Source: Eledone cirrhosa | Lineage: Eukaryota | Length of the DNA: 64,000 bases | NCBI GenBank assembly: GCA_964016885.1 | Contig: CAXHJY010001404.1 | Span: 1-64,000, forward strand | Direction of reading: 5' to 3' | Shown here: positions 34,506 to 47,790 of the stretch, in pieces | How the letters are laid out: every line of letters starts with the position of its first letter | Numbering within the stretch: the stretch's first letter is position 1 | Notes under the pieces: generated by a model | Database searches by the model: none | What the model saw: only the letters and a program-made list of their open reading frames with translations | Told to the model about the DNA's origin: nothing | Position numbers and translations under genes: made by a program

Positions 34506-34762
34506 TATTTACTCATTTACTAGTACATATCTTATTGTATATGCGAGTGTGTGTGTATGTGAATGTCTCATGTTTAGTGGAACCAAGAGACGGAGAAGCA
34601 AGAGTTGAGAAAAAAGCTGATCAAACGGCCGATGAGACGGTATACATCATCTGTTGGAATACAAAAGTAAAAATCTATTGCTGTGGGGTTTATATTTCCT
34701 CCCGTCTTTCCTTCTCTCATTCTTTCCTATCTGATACTAGAAGGTAGGAGAGAGTGTGTGTG

Positions 34763-34794
<32 letters not shown>

Positions 34795-34799
34795 CGAAG

Positions 34800-35165
34800 G
34801 GTGATCTCCGATATGCACTTGATAGGTTTGTTGCTAAGTGGTGTATGGCAGGAATAAAAATCAGTACTGTGAAGACTGAGAAACTTGTCCTCTCAAGGAA
34901 GCCTGTGCAATGCACTCGACATATGAGTGGAGTTCCACTGAAGGAGGTGGAAAAGTTCACAAGTGATGGAAGGCAGGAGGCTTAATAAAGTACAAGAATT
35001 GCATGCAGTGCAATAATGCGCCAGGTTCAGCATTTGGTCATCATCAGAAGAGAACCTATGCTCCTGAATTTGGGGTAATGACTGAAAGAATTGTGATCAT
35101 GAATACAAGTGGCCGAAAAGGGGTTCCTCCAAAGGGTTTTCTGAGTAATATTACTCGTCAGAGTG
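34800..35165 (+). mobile_element. Decayed RTE-clade (Expander/Rex3-like) RT fragment
   Basis: DLRYALDRFVAK...GIKISTVKTEKLVLSRK...LKEVEKF-TSDGRQE. Confidence 0.55.
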
Positions 35166-35167
35166 TA

Positions 35168-35670
35168 TATGAGGGTTGGCTGAATAGTTTATGTGCTGAC
35201 CAAGATACTCTCATGGAATGTGGCCAAATGAGGTTTATTTTTCAACATAGTCCACCTTGCGGTTCACACACTTCTTCCATCAGTGTTGCAGTGCTTTGAT
35301 CCCATCAGTAAAGAAGATTTCATCCTGTTGGTCAAAAAAGACATGAACAAGGGTTATGATGTCATCATCTCTGCGTGACTGGTTCCCAGCCAAGTGTTTT
35401 TCATGTTGGGGAACAGATGATAGTCAGCTGGGGCCAAATCAGGAGAATAGGGAGGTTGATTGACCAGTTGAAAGCCAGTCATGCACAGCAGCCATTGAAA
35501 CCAAGGACTTGTGTGCTAGAGCATTGTCCTGTTGAAACAAGACCCCTTTCATCAGTTTTCCTGGGTATTTGGTCGTGATAGCCTTTTAACTCGCTCAGCA
35601 AATTGTCATAGTACTCTCCATTGATAGTGTGGCCTTTTTGAAGATAGTCAATAAACACAATGCAGTTATT
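35168..35670 (-). mobile_element. Mariner (Tc1/mariner) transposon 3' relic
   Basis: Minus strand reads IVFIDYLQKGHTINGEYYDNLL and QPPYSPDLAPADYHLFP; TIR-like TATGAGGGTTGGCTGAA at 35168. Confidence 0.85.
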
Positions 35671-35724
35671 ATTAAGAAGAGTGGAAATTAATGTATGCAA
35701 GGTTTAATATTTTTGAAAGATCTT

Positions 35725-36450
35725 AGGAGTTCCGCAGAAATCATTGCCTTCGTCAACCTCAATGCTGCTTTCGACATGGTTGACCCTGCATCCTTCTGGA
35801 AAATTCTCAAGCTCATTGGCACGTCTCCCAAGATCACCACCCTGTTCCAACGGCTCTGTAGCAGTACTGAAAGTTGCATACAAGGGAATGGAAAGGACAC
35901 CGACTGGTTCCTCATCAACAGCGAGGTCAGACAGGGCTGCATAGCTGCCCCTGACTTCTTCAACTGAGTCATCAACTATCTGATCTGTGATTGAGTTTCT
36001 GGTGTTACTTTCAGGAACTACCACCTTACTGACCTGGAGTACGCGAATGATACCACGCTATTCAGCAACTCGATCAATCAGCTCAGGGATGCACTGACCA
36101 TATACCGGGAGGAATCGACAAAGCTTGGCCTTCAGATGAGTTGGGCGAAGACCAAGCTGATGCTTGTTCACGATGGCATGGCTCCTCTCCCACTTCATAT
36201 TGCCCCCAATGTCATGGAGTTTGTCAGCTCCTTTATTTACCTGGGCTTGACAGTCACCATCAATGAAAACCTGGTCCCAGAGATCAACAACAGATGTGGT
36301 ATGGCAGCTGGGATTATGCACTCCCTATGGAATCCCCTTTGGTGCCACTGCTCTATCTCCCAGAAGATGAAGCTCCGTATCTACAATGCATCTGTCCTGT
36401 ATGTTCTCCTCTATGGAACAGAAGTGTGGCCCCTCACAAAGACACTCTAC
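35725..36450 (+). pseudogene. Decayed RTE-clade RT without PHD insertion
   Basis: FVNLNAAFDMVD, EVRQGCIAAP, LEYAND, KTKLM, FIYLG, LLYGTEVW. Confidence 0.8.
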
Positions 36451-36899
36451 ACAGATAGTGACCCTAACATTGCCCTTAAACATTGTCATGGCTACACATA
36501 GAGTGTCCCTTCCATTGACCTTAACCTTTGTCCAGTTTGTCTGGATCTTGTTTATGTCTCATAACTCACTAACTATGTTGATCAGTACACTCTTTTCCTG
36601 GAAAAGATAATATTCACAACCATCTGCCTATGCCATTTTCTTATGAAAATTAGGTCAGTTTAGCTAGCACATTTGCCAGATTGGAAGGTTGTCTTCCCAG
36701 TATTTGCATGAAATTCAATTTACAAACTTTGAGATAGAAAAGATAGAAGGGAATTTGGAGAGAAGACTCAAGTTTGAAAGAAACTTAAATCAATTTAATC
36801 TATTTTAAATTCTGTTGCACCATTATTTTGTGTGGGACTGATGAATTTGCTGTTGCAGCAAATTTCTTTCTTTCTTTCTTCTCCTCCTCCTTGTAAAAA

Positions 36900-37060
36900 G
36901 TAAATGGAAACAACAAAGCAAACAACACATACAATGAAGAAAAATATTAGTTTAACGCTTGATATAGTAGAACAAGAGTTTTTACGTTTCGGACACTAGA
37001 CCTTCATCAGAATAGAAATGAGAAATAAAAAATAAAAAATAGGGAGTGAGAATAGGAAAA
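36900..37060 (-). mobile_element. Penelope-like terminal repeat fragment with minimal hammerhead core
   Basis: Minus strand CTGATGA-AGG-TCTAGTGT-CC-GAAA-CG-TA at 36983-37010; a degenerate sister copy lies at ~51720-51840 (+). Confidence 0.55.
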
Positions 37061-37709
37061 ATTTCTTTTTAGAAAAAGCATGTGTATGTATTTAATATAT
37101 ATATATTTATATTTGCAATTGTAACATTGTGCATGTGAAAATACATGTGTATCTGCTTGTATGTGTTTATGTATGCATTTGAGTATGTATTTGTCTGTGC
37201 TTATGCAATCATTTTGTACTTGTTTGAAAGACTTTAGAGAATTATTTCTTTTCACTTGAGATGTGATGTTCCTGCCTTATGAAAGAATATAAAAAATGTA
37301 AGACATTAAATAGACTTGGGTAATTTCCAAACTTTTTTTTATTGTTTAGTTAGAGAGGGAATGGAAATGCTCATGACCCCTGGGGGTTTCCTAGAGAAGT
37401 GGAGGGGACAGGGAAGGAGTACCCATAATTCTTTTCAGGATTTTACTTTTTTAGGGTCTTTAAGAGAAGTGGAAAGGAAAGGAATGAGTATTCATGACTC
37501 TGTTTAGGGTCCTCAAAATAAGTAGGCAAAAAGTACCCATGACTCATTTTAGGGTCAAGAGTAGTAGGAAGGAGACGTCTGAATGCTAGCAGGAAAGTGG
37601 ATTTTGTTAAAGGCATCCAGGGACCAGAGGGTAGTGTTAAATCTGGTGAAAGATTTGTCTGCTACCCAAGATGGCCATGGCAGTATTTAATTGGTACTTT
37701 TATATCTTG

Positions 37710-37870
37710 TCAGACGCCATGCTTTGGCGTATAGAGTTACGGCCCTTGCCATTCTGAGTTCAAATCCCGCCAAGGTTAACTTTGCCCTTCATCCTTACGG
37801 GGTCGATAAAATAAAGTACCAATAATGCACTGGGTAATTGCTGGCCTTGTGCCTAACGTAGAAACAATTA
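37710..37870 (+). mobile_element. SINE (family of 31179)
   Basis: Same core sequence. Confidence 0.75.
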
Positions 37871-38169
37871 TATCTTGTCAACCATAGAATAAATAACAAC
37901 ATCAATTTCAGTAGGATTTTAACACAGCACAGGGACCTGGAACAAATACTGCAAGGCATTGTTTTCTGTGCTTTAGGGACGCTACCAATTCATTAACTAA
38001 AACATGGTGTTTGTCATTTTCTGGAAATATGGGATTCTTTTTGTCTAGACATGTTGGTATTTATGTCTGAGGACCCCTCGACACAGAATATAATTGGTAT
38101 TTTATTGATTGTATATCCCGGTTTTTAGAATAGCTACACTGTATCTATGCATATCACACAGAGGAAGGA

Positions 38170-38605
38170 GCTCTCTTCAATCATGACTGACCATGAAATT
38201 TCACCTGGAAAGTTCCTCTAGGGTGAAAACCTGGCCAAGGTGCTTTGTGGAAGACCAGCAGTTGCTCATGTATGTTCGTCTCCTCTCGCCGTGCCAACAA
38301 GTAAAGGCCAATATAGCTTTGTACCAGTGACATGCACGCTACACTATATATAATATTGTCTAAGGGAAAGACCAATACAGCTTGGCACTAGTATCGTCAC
38401 AACTCATTTTTCCAGCTGAGTGGACTTGAGCAACATGAAATAAAGTGTCTTGCTCAAGTACACACCATGTCGCCCAGCCCAGAATTGAACTCATAACCTT
38501 AGAGTTAGCTAAGTATTCCACAGATTTGTTTAACTTTAACATAATTCCCAATTCAAATCAACCTTACAATTGTGAGTCCAACACCCTAACCACTAAGCCA
38601 TGCAT
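38170..38605 (-). mobile_element. tRNA-derived SINE with a 58-bp insertion in its head
   Basis: Minus-strand head GCATGGCTTAGTGGTTAGGGTGTTGGAC; central TTGAGCAAGACACTTTATTTCA. Confidence 0.7.
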
Positions 38606-39659
38606 GTCATAAAAGGTGACTAAAAAAGCTTGATGCCAGGAAGGGTATTTGCCCATAAAACACCACCTTGAAAAGTCATGGAAATGTTGGTAATGATGAT
38701 GACTTGTCTTAGGTGTGTGTGTGTGGGGGAGGGGGTTCAACTCAGTAACTGGACCATGTAACATAGATATTGAAAAGCATCTCTCCAGATATCCGATTAT
38801 AGGCCCTGAGTTTATGTTTCTTTTACCACATGCCAGAGTATTTGTAAGTGTTTATTTATTTATTAAATCTCTGGGGACTAATTAAACAGTAACTTTGAGG
38901 TTTGCTGAAATCACAGTGGTTGATGTTCAGTTTGAACTTCTGTATATTGATGTCTGTGTGAAGGAAGTGGGTAGTGTGGGCAGAGATTTTTGATGGGATG
39001 CAGCTCTAGGAAAGATTGATAAAACAAGGTTTAGTGTGGGGTTTGATAGGTTGAGACAGAAGAATAGACTGATATGGTAGACGAACTTGGTGAAGGTGTT
39101 ATGTGAGAACAGAACAGAAGCTTTTGTAGGGCCAGTTAAAGAGTCAGAGAGATGAAAGTGTGTGTCTGTGAGTCAGTGGTTGTATCATACATGTTGGTGA
39201 AGAAGTCTTGCAAAACTATATTCTACATTACTTCAGTTTATTTAGGTGAAGGCAATAGGCAAACAGGTCATCTATAAATTTTGACCTGTCTGCTATGCAG
39301 GTTGAAATTTAATTCTCATCTGATATATTCTCCATTGTTTTCAACAATGCTTGTTTAATTGTTTTATCAATGGCATGGTCTACTCATTAAATTACTGCAT
39401 AAGTTTTTTTTTACTGTTTAGCTAATGGGGGAACGGTCTCCAAGACTGATAGGAGGGAGGAGGGCATCCTCAAACCAAAATCCTAGTCTGATTGATTGCT
39501 TACAACAGAGTGTACTCTCCAATACGTACCCAATGAGTTAAACAAAATAGCTGAGTATTCCACAGATATGTTTAACTTTAACATATTTTCCAATTCAAAT
39601 CAGCATGCTACACTCTATGACAAGTCTGGACCTTCAAGTGACTTTCTTTGCCATTCTAC

Positions 39660-39960
39660 AGATCACATTCCACAGTTGACCTTTTAGGTCATATTTCCTT
39701 GGTGACCTTCTTTGCCATATTTCTCTCTTGACCTAGCTCATATTCCCCTGGCGAGTGGCCTAGGCCATATTCCCCTGGTGAGTGGCCTAGATCATGTTCC
39801 CTAGATGACCATCTTGGTCATATTCTCCTTGTGACCTACTGAGTTATATTCCCAGTTGACTTTGGTCACATTCCCTAGTCGACTTTCTAGGAGACATTCC
39901 TATGTTGACCTTCTAGGTGATATTCCCAGTTGACATTCCAGGTCATATTCCCCTGGGTAC
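39660..39960. repeat. Degenerate ~21-bp minisatellite (GGTCATATTCCCCTGGTGACCT-like)
   Basis: Read directly. Confidence 0.75.
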
Positions 39961-40069
39961 CTGCTGAATGTAAGGTCAATAAATGCAACTATAGGTCAGA
40001 ATATCTCATCATTTGCCAGGCCATAGTTTTTTTGTCCTTCCAGATTATATTGTCATTTACTCTGTTCCT

Positions 40070-40445
40070 GCACACATTAGCTGGTCAACACTCACTCTCT
40101 AGACACACCATTAGCTGATCAATACTTGATTCCTGCTCATGCCACTAGCTGGTCTATACATGGTTCTTGGATACACCACTACTTGGTCAAAACTCACTCT
40201 ATAGACACACCACTTATTGGTCAACACAATCCATGGACACACCACAAGCTAATCTACACTCAGTCCTAGACGTGCTACTAGCTGATCTATACTCAGTCAC
40301 AGGCATGCCTCACTCTGTCCCAGTCATGCCACGAGCTGGTCTACACCCAGTCCCAGACACACCACAAGCTGGTCTACACTCAATCATAGATACACCACAC
40401 TCTGTCCTAGACACACCACTAGCTGATCTACACTTGGTCTCAAAC
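40070..40445. repeat. Degenerate ~33-bp minisatellite (GACACACCACTAGCTGGTCTACACTCAGTCCTA-like)
   Basis: Read directly. Confidence 0.8.
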
Positions 40446-40577
40446 CATGTCCCACCTTTAGAACATGTAGTGCACCTTAGTTTAACTCCTCAGTGTGTAG
40501 TGTGACTACCCCTCTCACTCCACCACACAAATTATCTATTTCATGGCATTGTGTTATATTTTACCCCCTTCCATTTT

Positions 40578-40855
40578 GAAGGTGTGTGGCCTAGTGGTTA
40601 GGGTGTTGGACTTTGGATCATAATGTTGTGGGTACAATTCCTAGACTGGGTTGTGCATTGTTTTCTTTGAGAAAAACACTTCATTTCACATTTCTCCAGT
40701 ATATTCAGCTGAAAATGTGTACCAGCAGTACCTAGAGGTTTAATCCTGCAATGCACTGATATCCTGCCCAGAAACAGGGGTCTTGTATTCTCACACATTT
40801 AACTCGAATGAAACAGGGATGAGCACTGGCTTAATGAGCCTCCAGGCTTAAAACA
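40578..40855 (+). mobile_element. Old tRNA-derived SINE
   Basis: GTGTGGCCTAGTGGTTAGGGTGTTGGAC head plus central domain. Confidence 0.65.
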
Positions 40856-41089
40856 GAGTTTAGATTTAGACCATTCTGATTGTTCCATGTGTTGTTGTTG
40901 ATGTTATTGTTCCATCTTTCTTTCGTCCTGTTGAACAATGCACAGAATCCTGAGTGCAATTGTCCCTTGTTTTTATTTCATGTAGTTTTTTCCACTTTAA
41001 TTGCCACTGCAAATTCACATGTTCCTCCCCCCCCCCTCTCAGCATTGTAGTTCATACTCACTATAATCTAAAACAGTTATTCTAAAGTC

Positions 41090-41365
41090 TTTCCTAAGCC
41101 AAAGGCTCATCAGGTCGGTGCTTATTCCAGTTTCCTTGGCATTAAGCAACTGAGAATATAAGACTGTATCCTGGACAAAATGTCATTCCTTCACAGGGTT
41201 AAATCTCCAGCTATGGTTGGTGATAATTTTTAGCTGAGTAAGCTGGAGCAACATGAAATGAAGTGTTTTGCCCAAGAACACAACACACAACCCTGTCTAG
41301 GGATCGAACCCACAGCATTATGATTGTAAGTCCAATTCCCTTAATGCTAGGCCACACGCTTTCAC
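41090..41365 (-). mobile_element. Old tRNA-derived SINE
   Basis: Minus-strand head GCGTGTGGCCTAG...GGTTCGATCCC; TTGGGCAAAACACTTCATTTCATGTTGCTCCAG. Confidence 0.65.
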
Positions 41366-41769
41366 ACCCACTACATATTCACATGGCCCATCTTTCACCC
41401 CATATTGTGAATTGCACATCTGCAAATCTGGTCATAACTTCAGAGATGAAATACTTGTGTGCTTTCCTCATTTCTGTTACTTCAATATCTATTATTTATT
41501 CTATACTTTACTACACAATAAAAGTTTTAAGAGGAAGATTGGTTGGGAAATTTTCCTCAATGCCAAATGTTTCATCTATATTTTTCCTCTCTTATTTACT
41601 TGTACACACGAGTTTGCTGTGTGTATGTATATATGGTTACACACACACACGCACACGCACACACGCACACACACACAGGCATACTTTGATTGGTTGTTTG
41701 TTTTGCCTTTTGTGTGTATAATAGCTGTTAATGACTACCAGGTCTGACTATACATAAACTCATTGATAT

Positions 41770-42863
41770 AAGTAAGGGTACTGATATTTTATTCAAATAT
41801 ATATTAGATATACATGAAATTATAAGTTATCTCCTTCAAAATACCACCCTTGGGAAGTCACACAGTGGTTCCAACGTTTTTTCCATTGATCATAGCAGTA
41901 CCAGAAATCACCGGTTACAATCTTTTTATGTTTTCCACAGTCCCAAAATGGTGACCATTCAATTTTGATTTCAACTTAGGGAAGAGCTAGAAATTACACA
42001 AAGGTTGATCTTGGTTGTAGGGAGGATGTGGAAGAGTGGGAATGTTTTTCTTCACCAGAAATTCTCTAATTGAAAGGGTTGTGTGAGCAGCCGTGTTATT
42101 GTGGTGCAGTTTCCAATCTCCTACAATGTCCTTTTGGACTCGCAATACCATGGCTGTCGAAAAAATATTAATGATTGTTTTCACCCTGGATCTGCTCATG
42201 TATGCTTTCTTCAGACGAGGAGAATTTTTCATGTGCCATCCCTTTCTATTATTATTTTATCAAAGAAATTTGGCTCAATTCTTAGTCTTTCTAACAAATT
42301 CTGACAAATTTCCAACCAGTTTGTTTTTTTGCTCCATAGAAACATGTTTGAACACTAGTTTTGCATAATTTTTTCTCAAATGATTTGTAAAAATTTTGTA
42401 AACTGCATTTTTATCTAAGCCCATTTCTTTGCAATCATCCTAACACTTAACCGGCCATCTTTTGCCATCAATGCTTGTACCACTTCCTCATTTTGTTCAT
42501 TTGTTGACAAGATTGGCCTTCCAGAATTCTTTGAAAGCTTTTTGCCAATTAAAAACTTTACTTCTTGACAATGTGACATCTCCATAAGTTTGTGTTAAAG
42601 AACTAAATATTTCGGTGGTAGATTTGTTGAATTTCACACAAAATTTGATCAATATTTTCTTGCATCGCAAATGTAACAGAGGTTATAAACACGTTTGTAC
42701 ATAAACTGCAATAACTCACGAGTAACTAAATCGAACATGTTGAAACAAGTATGTACGTGCAGCCAAGGTCTTAACCAACATTCCTATAAACATTAACACA
42801 GTGCTGCATTACCATGTCATACATAGAAAAATCAGTACCCTTACTTTTGAGACAAACCTTGTA
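41770..42863 (-). mobile_element. Mariner-like transposon relic with both TIRs
   Basis: AGTAAGGGTACTGAT (41771) inverted to ATCAGTACCCTTACT (42831), ending ...GACAAACCTTGTA; minus-strand translation WKLHHNNTAAH...LPHPPYNQD. Confidence 0.8.
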
Positions 42864-43124
42864 ACTGTAAAAATATTAATGCTTTTTTAAATGAGAAATA
42901 CTTGTTACAGTGGAACAGAAATGAAGTGTAATTTTGTTGTTGTTATTGTTGTTGGTAGTGATGGTGGTTAGCAGGCCTTTAATCAAAGATGTTCTATCTG
43001 TGTCTACCCTATCTTTTATGTTTCTGACACAGTATATATTGACGGCTTTGTCCTTACACCAACCACATTTACATTGTGTGCTGGGTGCTTTTTGTTGTGA
43101 TACCAACACAACCACAGATTTACT

Positions 43125-43905
43125 GACTGATGTCATGGTAACCCTACTAATGTAGTTGTTTGCTTAGTTGGTGACTTAACTAGATTTTCCAGCCTGAGGA
43201 CTAGATGACCCAAATCTTATTTACAGGTTGAGGTCATGGTGACCTAACTATATATTTGCTGGTTGAGGTCATGGTGACCTGATTAGGTTTGTATATGGAG
43301 GACACTAACCCATCTAGGTTTGAAGGTTGAAAACATTGTGACCTATCCAAGTATTCAAGTTGAGGGCATGGTGACTGAACTAGATTTGTATATTGAGGTC
43401 ATGTTGACTTAACTAAGCCTGTAGGTTGAAAACATAGTGACTTAACTAACTTTGGTGGACAAAGGCCTGGCAACTTAATTTTGTAGGTAGAGGTCAGAGT
43501 GACCCAACTAGGTTTGCAGGCTGAAGACATGGTGACCTGAAAAAGTTAGTAAGTTCAGGTCATGATTACATAATGAAGTTTGCAAGTTGAGAACATAGGT
43601 ATTTAATTAGCTTTGTTGGCTCATGTAGCTCTGCTTTTTGATGTCACATTGCCCTAACTAGATTTATTGATTGAAGGTACATTGGTTCCAATAAATATGT
43701 TGACTGAGGGTATTTTGATCCCAATAGATTTGTTGACAGAGGGGATATTGACCCCAATGTATATGTTGACTGAAGGTACATTAACCCCAATGTATATGTT
43801 GACTGAAGGTACAATAACCTTAATAAATATGTTGATTGAGGGTATATTGACCTCAATAGATTTGTTGAGTGAGGGTATGTTGATCCCCAACTAGATTTGT
43901 TGACT
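43125..43905. repeat. 33-bp minisatellite with two homogenised sub-arrays
   Basis: Units GAGGTCATGGTGACCTAACTAGGTTTGTAGGTT (43125-43620) and TTGACTGAGGGTATATTGACCCCAATAGATTTG (43667-43905). Confidence 0.85.
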
Positions 43906-44106
43906 AATACTTATGTTAAGGTATTGTTCTCAAAATAAATAATATCAAAATTTCATAGATTCCATAATATGTGAGGGAAGGCCTTTACTGTGAAAATACA
44001 ATCGTAAATATAGAGTAATGTAAATGCTAAAGGGTTAAATAAAATATGTAAAAGATCAAAAAAAATTATTTTTACTCCTACTAATGTAATATTTTGTCTC
44101 TTCCAG

Positions 44107-44194
44107 GAGCTTGCATCTCGAGGGCAACATTGTTAGCTAAACATGGCTATTTCCAACTCTAATTTGTTACCAAAATGGTAGCAGTTTGACGCAG
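44107..44194 (+). other. Candidate non-coding (5'UTR) exon of a host gene
   Basis: Branch point TACTAAT at 44079, pyrimidine tract and CAG acceptor, donor CAG|GTGAGT; stop codons in all three frames. Confidence 0.55.
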
Positions 44195-44289
44195 GTGAGT
44201 GCCTACTGTACAGAGGGGCCATTTTTGCTCAGTTTGCGGCTCAATACTCACTTTCATCTAGTCATGACAGGCACGTAGTATTAAAGTTG

Positions 44290-44790
44290 TCTTCATCTCT
44301 CTCTCTCTCTCCCCTCTCTCTATCCGTTTTTATATCTACCTATCGTGCTTTCTATCTCTATCTCTCTATCCTTTTTTTCTTTCTCTCTATCTATTCCTCT
44401 GTCTTTCTCTCTCTCTATCTATTCCTCTTTGTCTCTCTTTATTCTTCTTGCTCTTTCTCTCTCTATTCCTCTTTGTCTCTCTTTATTCTTCTTGCTTTCT
44501 GTATACCAATCTCTCCTCCTCCTCCTGTCTATCTCTCTTTCCTTTTCTCTATTCCTCTTTCTCTCTGTCTATCCTATTTTCCATCTCTCTATCTATCCTT
44601 TTTCCTTCTCTCTATCTATCTCTTTTCTCTCTATCTATCCCTTTTCCTCTTTCTCCCCTTTCTTTTTATCTTCATCTTTTTCCTCTCTTCCCTCCTACTT
44701 CTCTTACTCTCTTTTTCACAATTCCACTCTTGAATTTCTCTCTCTCTCTCTCTCTCTCATACTATACCCTTGTCTCTCCTATTCTCTCCA
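44290..44790. repeat. ~500-bp polypyrimidine (CT-rich) low-complexity tract
   Basis: Read directly. Confidence 0.9.
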
Positions 44791-47790
44791 CAATAACAAA
44801 ACAACATAACAAGTAGTACAATGGTGCTGCTTCAATATTTTATCAAACCCAGTTATTTCCAGCCTTCCACCAGCGCTCTATTGTAGATCTTACCATGGTC
44901 AACTTTCCTTCTTATACATGATGTTTAATCAGTAAAAAAAATCAATACCGATTGATCTCTTTCAATTGATTCCATAGTCAGACTCCTCCACCAATACTAT
45001 AAAAGATTCACCTCAACATTGACATTACACTTAATTAATATGCATCGTTATTATAATTGTTATTATGCCTTTGTAATTCTTTCTAACACTGGCACAAGGT
45101 CGGCAATTTTGGGAGAAGGGGAAAGTTGATTATATTGACCCTGGTACAAAATTTAGTTTGGTCTCTTTATAGAAAATAGTTTGTTTGTTTTTAGAAGGCT
45201 ACATCAATGCAAACAGGACATTAAATGTTAAAAATAATGATAACAAAGTTGTTAAAATGTTACTTTGGAGATGTTAATTAAGTCTTTATTATTTCAGGAT
45301 AAAATCCTTCGTCAAAAGCAGGATATCTTGTGTTCTTATGCTTGCATGTTTAATGCATTTACATTGCTGTAGCCCTCTAAAAAACAAAGCACACTATTTT
45401 CTAAACTTTCCACAATGCTTCAAGCAAACTACAACCTCTTGTGTCTCTTTATGTTCTGAGTTCAAATCCTGCCAAGGTTGACATTGCATTTTATCCTTCT
45501 AGGATTGAGAAAATAAAGAACATATCAAATACTGGTAGCCTATATAATCATTTACACCCTCCTTTCCCCAAAGTGGATGACTTTGTGCCTATCTTACAAA
45601 TCTTTACTTGAAGAGGAAGATGATGGTGGAGAGGTGGACAAAATGCTTTCCAACATTTGTTTTGCCTATTTAAATTCTGAGTTTAAATCCTGCTGAGGTC
45701 AACTTAGCCTTTTATCTTTCTGGGGTTGATAAAATAAAAGAACCAGAAAGTACCAGTCAAGCACAGGGGGTTGATAAACTAAGATACATCAAGCACTGGG
45801 CAATTGATAAAATAAAGTACCAGTCACATACTGATTTATTTTCCTCTCCCCTAAATTGTTGGCTTTGTGTCTAAATTTGAAATCATTATTGTGTTTGTGT
45901 TGCTAAAGTGGTCCAAGGGGTCAACTAAAGGTTTCTCAGTGAAATTGGGTAGGAAAAAACTGCAGAAGCCCAAGTTTATCAGAAGGACTGTATTTGTTCT
46001 TGAGTAATAGACTTCATCCATCACTTGGTTTAACACCACCACCTGATTCTTGAATTCCTTTAGTGGAGTCCACTCTACTGTAAGTGCTAGTTTTCGAGTC
46101 TGCAAAGAAGTGAAGGGTGCTTTTCTTTTAGTTCTGTCTAAACCATTAAAAAAACAAAACAACAAAAATAAACAAAACATTATTGTTATCCCACACATAG
46201 CTCATGCTGTTTTCTACCCAACCAGCTTACAGTTATAACCGTCCTTCCTCCTCTATCATTTTCTCACTGTATTTTTCCCCTTTACACTCATATCCATATT
46301 TTCTTCTCTTTTTAATGACATACATATGTGTGTGTGTGTCTGTGTGTTATAAGCCACAGTTAATATGGTTGGTATGAAAAAGGGCATCCAGCTGTAAAAC
46401 ATCCAATCCAACCCGTGTCAATGCGTAAAAGGTGTTGAAAAAATGATAACGGTGATACATGTGTGTGTGAGCATATATGTATATGTCGTTACTCTAATTT
46501 TCTAAAATTTATTGAGTCCTTTAAGAAATGTTTTCTTCAGCTGCCAGCTTATGGGAATGTATTATATTCCACCACTATGTGTTCTAAGAACTATGTATGT
46601 GTGTGTGTATATATATATATATATACACATACACCCACATATAAGAAAAAATTAACAAAATTACTGAACAAAATATTTTTTTTAAAAACCTTTAAAAGAT
46701 TTTAAATTTGGCTTTTTAAAAAATTATCTTTGCTATTATTTTTATGATGGTATTGATTGTGTGTATGCATAAGCATACAAACTCATGCACATACACTTGT
46801 ATAAACTTCTCAAAGACACATGTATATAACGAATACACAACTATGTACACGCACATTACTGTTATACATATATATATATATATATTGATAGATGTTGTTC
46901 TAGCATACCTTTATTGTTTCAAATCTGTACCTTGAATCTCTGTACAATTCTTTTGATCTTTCATCGGTTATATTTCATTGATGATTGTGTTTCATTATAT
47001 ATAGAAGGAAAGAAAAAACCCTATCTGTCTTCAAAAGAAAATATCTTCATGATTTCTTTTCTTTCTCTAAATTTTAAATAACATTTCAATAAAAAGAAAA
47101 ATCATAAAATTTGGTTGGTGGTGATACAATTTTAGTTGAGTGTTTTAAACTTAAAACTATTTTGTTCTTTATTTTTTACCAAATTTCTAACTGCACATTC
47201 ACCAACTCAGTTCTGACTTGAGTCAAATCTCATTTTTACAATATTATATTTTGTATTTGGGAGAGTTGGGGGGGACTTACATTTTATTCTTTTTAAATCT
47301 ATCACTTTTGACAGTGTTGTTAGAGCCCCAGATTAAATCATTTCCGTTATTTGTTCTGGCTCTCTACACCCTCAGTTTAAATTTCACTAAGGTCAAGTTT
47401 ACCTTTTATCCTTTCATTGTCGATAATAAACAAAATGTTAGTCTGATGGCAGTGGATTGGTGGAATTGTTAGAGCATTAGACAGGGTATCTTGCAACATC
47501 TGTTCTAGCTCCATGCATTCTGAGTTCAAATCTCACCTCCTGTCACTGGTATAATGACAAGATGATAGGACTGGGGCTAAGCAACCTTTTATGTGATGCT
47601 ACCTTGTGGGAGGCCTGCTAAACCTACATAGTTGTGAGCCATAACAACTTCTCTCCATCATCTCTCTCATTTGCTCTCTCTCTCTACCTCTTTCTCTCTC
47701 TCTCTCTGCCACTGTCTTTCTCATTGTTTCACCTCCCGCCCCCTCTTCCTATTTTTTGCTTTTTCCGTTTCAATTTTCTTGTCGTCTCAG

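Noticed and set aside
32880-34745. Possible promoter or first exons (donor-like sites at ~33487 and 34744)
   Set aside because: Splice signals are plausible but cannot be paired or supported from sequence alone.
36838-36870. CTGATGA followed by a perfect 8-bp hairpin (hammerhead-like)
   Set aside because: The required GAAA after stem II is absent (TTC instead).
43125-43905. CRISPR-like periodic array, or 11-aa repeat protein (ORF 43667..43894)
   Set aside because: No unique spacers and no cas genes; eukaryotic context; the open frame follows from a 33-bp stop-free unit.
44287-44816. Hydrophobic S/L/F-rich ORFs resembling membrane proteins (also 49427..49792 and 50514..51182)
   Set aside because: Low-complexity CT, GTT/GAT and CAT repeats.
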